From: Isurus oxyrinchus
Lineage: Eukaryota
Length of the DNA: 64,000 nucleotides
Direction of reading: 5' to 3'
NCBI GenBank assembly: GCA_026770705.1
Contig: JANJGN010000052.1
Location: 3,658,001-3,722,000, forward strand
Shown here: positions 61,926 to 64,000 of the stretch, one piece after another
Position numbering within the stretch: the stretch's first letter is position 1
Layout: each line of letters starts with the position of its first letter
The notes under the pieces: model-generated
Told to the model about the DNA's origin: nothing
What the model saw: only the letters and a program-made list of their open reading frames with translations
Database searches by the model: none
Program-made: the position numbers and the translations under genes

Positions 61926-62514
61926 AGGACAGAGAGGGACAGACAGAGTCGAGAGACACCCAGAATGAAAAAAACACAGTAAACACTGGAAAATAAACAT
62001 TCTGGTCTGATCTGGTCTTGTATACCTTCAAATGGAACACCAGTAAAACAGGGAAATAAGAGTACTGGGCCAAACTGTTAGAGAGGGGCACATTTAGAGA
62101 GAGAGAGAGAGAGAGAAAGAGGGAGACACTGAAAGAGATAAGGACAAGGAAAGAAAGAGTGACAGAGAGAGACAGACAGAGACACACAAAGAAGTAGAAA
62201 GAAAGTGATAGAGATGAAGCAGGAGAGAATGAGGAGAAAGATAGATAGATAGAGAGAGAGGATGGTAGAGAAAGAGAACGAGAGGAAAAGAGACAAAGGC
62301 AGAATGTGATGGAACACTGAATCCTTGTCTATGCGTTTTGAAATCCAGCCCAGAACTATCATTGGAAGATTCAGCGAGTGTCCAGTACAGGGGACCCAGC
62401 CCAACCTTCTCATCCTGACCTTCCCAGTGGGGCTGAAGAGGGCAGAGAGGAAACCTTCCTCTGTTATTCTGTTGTCGAATAAACACAACAATTCTGGAAC
62501 TCTGCCCTTTCTAT

Positions 62515-63105
62515 CTCACGGATTAGAATATAAGGGGGCAGAGGTCATGCTTCAGTCTACATAAAGCCCTGGCTAGACCACACCTGGAGTCACTGTGAGA
62601 CATTCTGGGCCCCACACCTTAGGAAGGATATATTGACCTCGGAGGGAGAGCAGTGTCAGTTTACCAGAATGAGACCGGGACTCCAAGGGTTAAATCACAA
62701 GGAGAGATTAAACACAAACTCGGCTTGTATTCCCTGGAAGTTAGAATGTTAAGCAGGAGATTTGATGAAAGCTCGCATGATATTAAGGGGAACAGATTGG
62801 GGGCGATAAAGAGAAACCATTTCCCCTGGTTGGGGGGAGTCTGGGACTCGGGGTCAGAGCCTAAAAAGGAATTAAATTAGGAAGTACAAAGGGTGGGAGA
62901 AATTTGGAACTCTCTTCCCCAAACAGGAACTGATGCACGATCAAGTTGTTCATTTTAAACCTGTGAGACTGATAGATTTTTGTTATCCAAAGGTATTAAA
63001 GGAGATGGGACAAAGGCATATGGGGCTAGTTTGCAGATCAGCCATGATCTCATTGAATGGTGGAGCAGGCTCGAGGGGCCAAATGGCCTCCTCCTACCCT
63101 TATGT
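62515..63105 (+). mobile_element. CR1 3' fragment
   Basis: 'KLGLYSLEVRML' motif and 3' UTR AATGGTGGAGCAGGCTCGAGGGGCCAAATGGCCT. Confidence 0.8.
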
Positions 63106-64000
63106 AATAGAAACTTACCTGTCAGAAGCCAGTTTATGTTGATGTGAGTCTGAGTCGATGACTGAACCCAGTTGGTAACTTGTTCCATACAAAGCAAGAA
63201 CGTTCATGCCCTTCAATGTTCCTGGATAAACCATTAACAAAGCTGGTGACAGACAGTCTCCACATGGTAAACACTGACCGATCAACACATGACATGGCTG
63301 TTAACCCCTAAACCTCAGCGTAAATCAGTTCCCCCTCGAGGCCCCTTGTCCGAAATAAAAGCAACGCACACAATTTGTAAAATAGTAAGTGTCTGGCAGG
63401 AAGGAGGAGCAATGAGAGGAGTAAGGGGTTAGGGGGCGTGCGCTTCACCTGATTTGCCGACATAAGAACCAGCCCCTATGTTTTTGCTATGTTGTGTTGC
63501 ATCAATATGAACACATATTTGCACAAGGTGAAGGGCGTTGCGGAGGGACTGATAGTTCTCGGCGCCAGACAGTCAATGTCCCAGTGACCTTACTGCTGGT
63601 CCCAGTCCAGTGGGACAGGGAACATCGACACTGCAATATCCAGAAATGGGTGTGATACCACACAGCTACCCACCCGCGGCTGTCCCCTTCAAGTGTTTCA
63701 GGTATAAGAGCAGGAAGCTCCTCTAGTTACAAACCAAAGCATCAAAGCAGAGCCAGAAGATCAGAAGAGACAGGCAGAGATGGGAAGCTCCCAGATGAAA
63801 TGGCGACTTGTCTTGTTCACTCTGACTTTGCTGCTCTCCCTGCAGCTGAGTCACTTCTTCTCCTTGTCGAGGTTAAGCTAAGAGATGTCCCTCTGGGTGA
63901 GGTGTTTCTTGCACATGACTCTACGTCTACCACCCAGATAGACTGGTCTCTTCCGCAGTTTGATATTATGTTCGTGCCTTTAATATTGTCGCCCTCTATG

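Overview
Vertebrate genomic DNA, most likely a cartilaginous fish (shark-type). The species call is inferred only from the repeat landscape: 33-bp CAGTGCAGCACTCCCTCAGTACTGACCCT satellite, CR1/L2/Penelope fragments and a tRNA-type SINE. The window holds a + strand tandem cluster of Siglec-family (CD33-related/MAG-like) Ig-lectin receptor genes and gene fragments, which I reconstructed exon by exon from GT-AG sites and phases; the labels A-F are mine. Gene A (3' end): two near-identical Ig exons, a TM exon, and downstream cytoplasmic exons carrying three YxN tyrosines. B and C: orphan promoter/leader modules. Gene D (10.5-20.3 kb): leader-V-V-C2-(Ig)-TM with an intramembrane Arg and a short tail, i.e. 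activating type, but disabled by a stop codon, a frameshift and a truncated exon. Gene E (21.9-42.8 kb): intact ~692-aa leader-V-V-C2-Ig-C2(CxC)-TM receptor whose ectodomain is a close duplicate of D. E has two tandem cytoplasmic cassettes, one with ITIM+ITSM and one with both motifs crippled. Gene F (54-58.6 kb): a divergent MAG-like V exon cut off by Gypsy gag sequence. D and E together look like a paired activating/inhibitory Siglec system with hypervariable V-domain loops and gene-conversion signatures. The rest of the window is transposon debris, minisatellites and N gaps; most long ORFs in the track are repeat artefacts.
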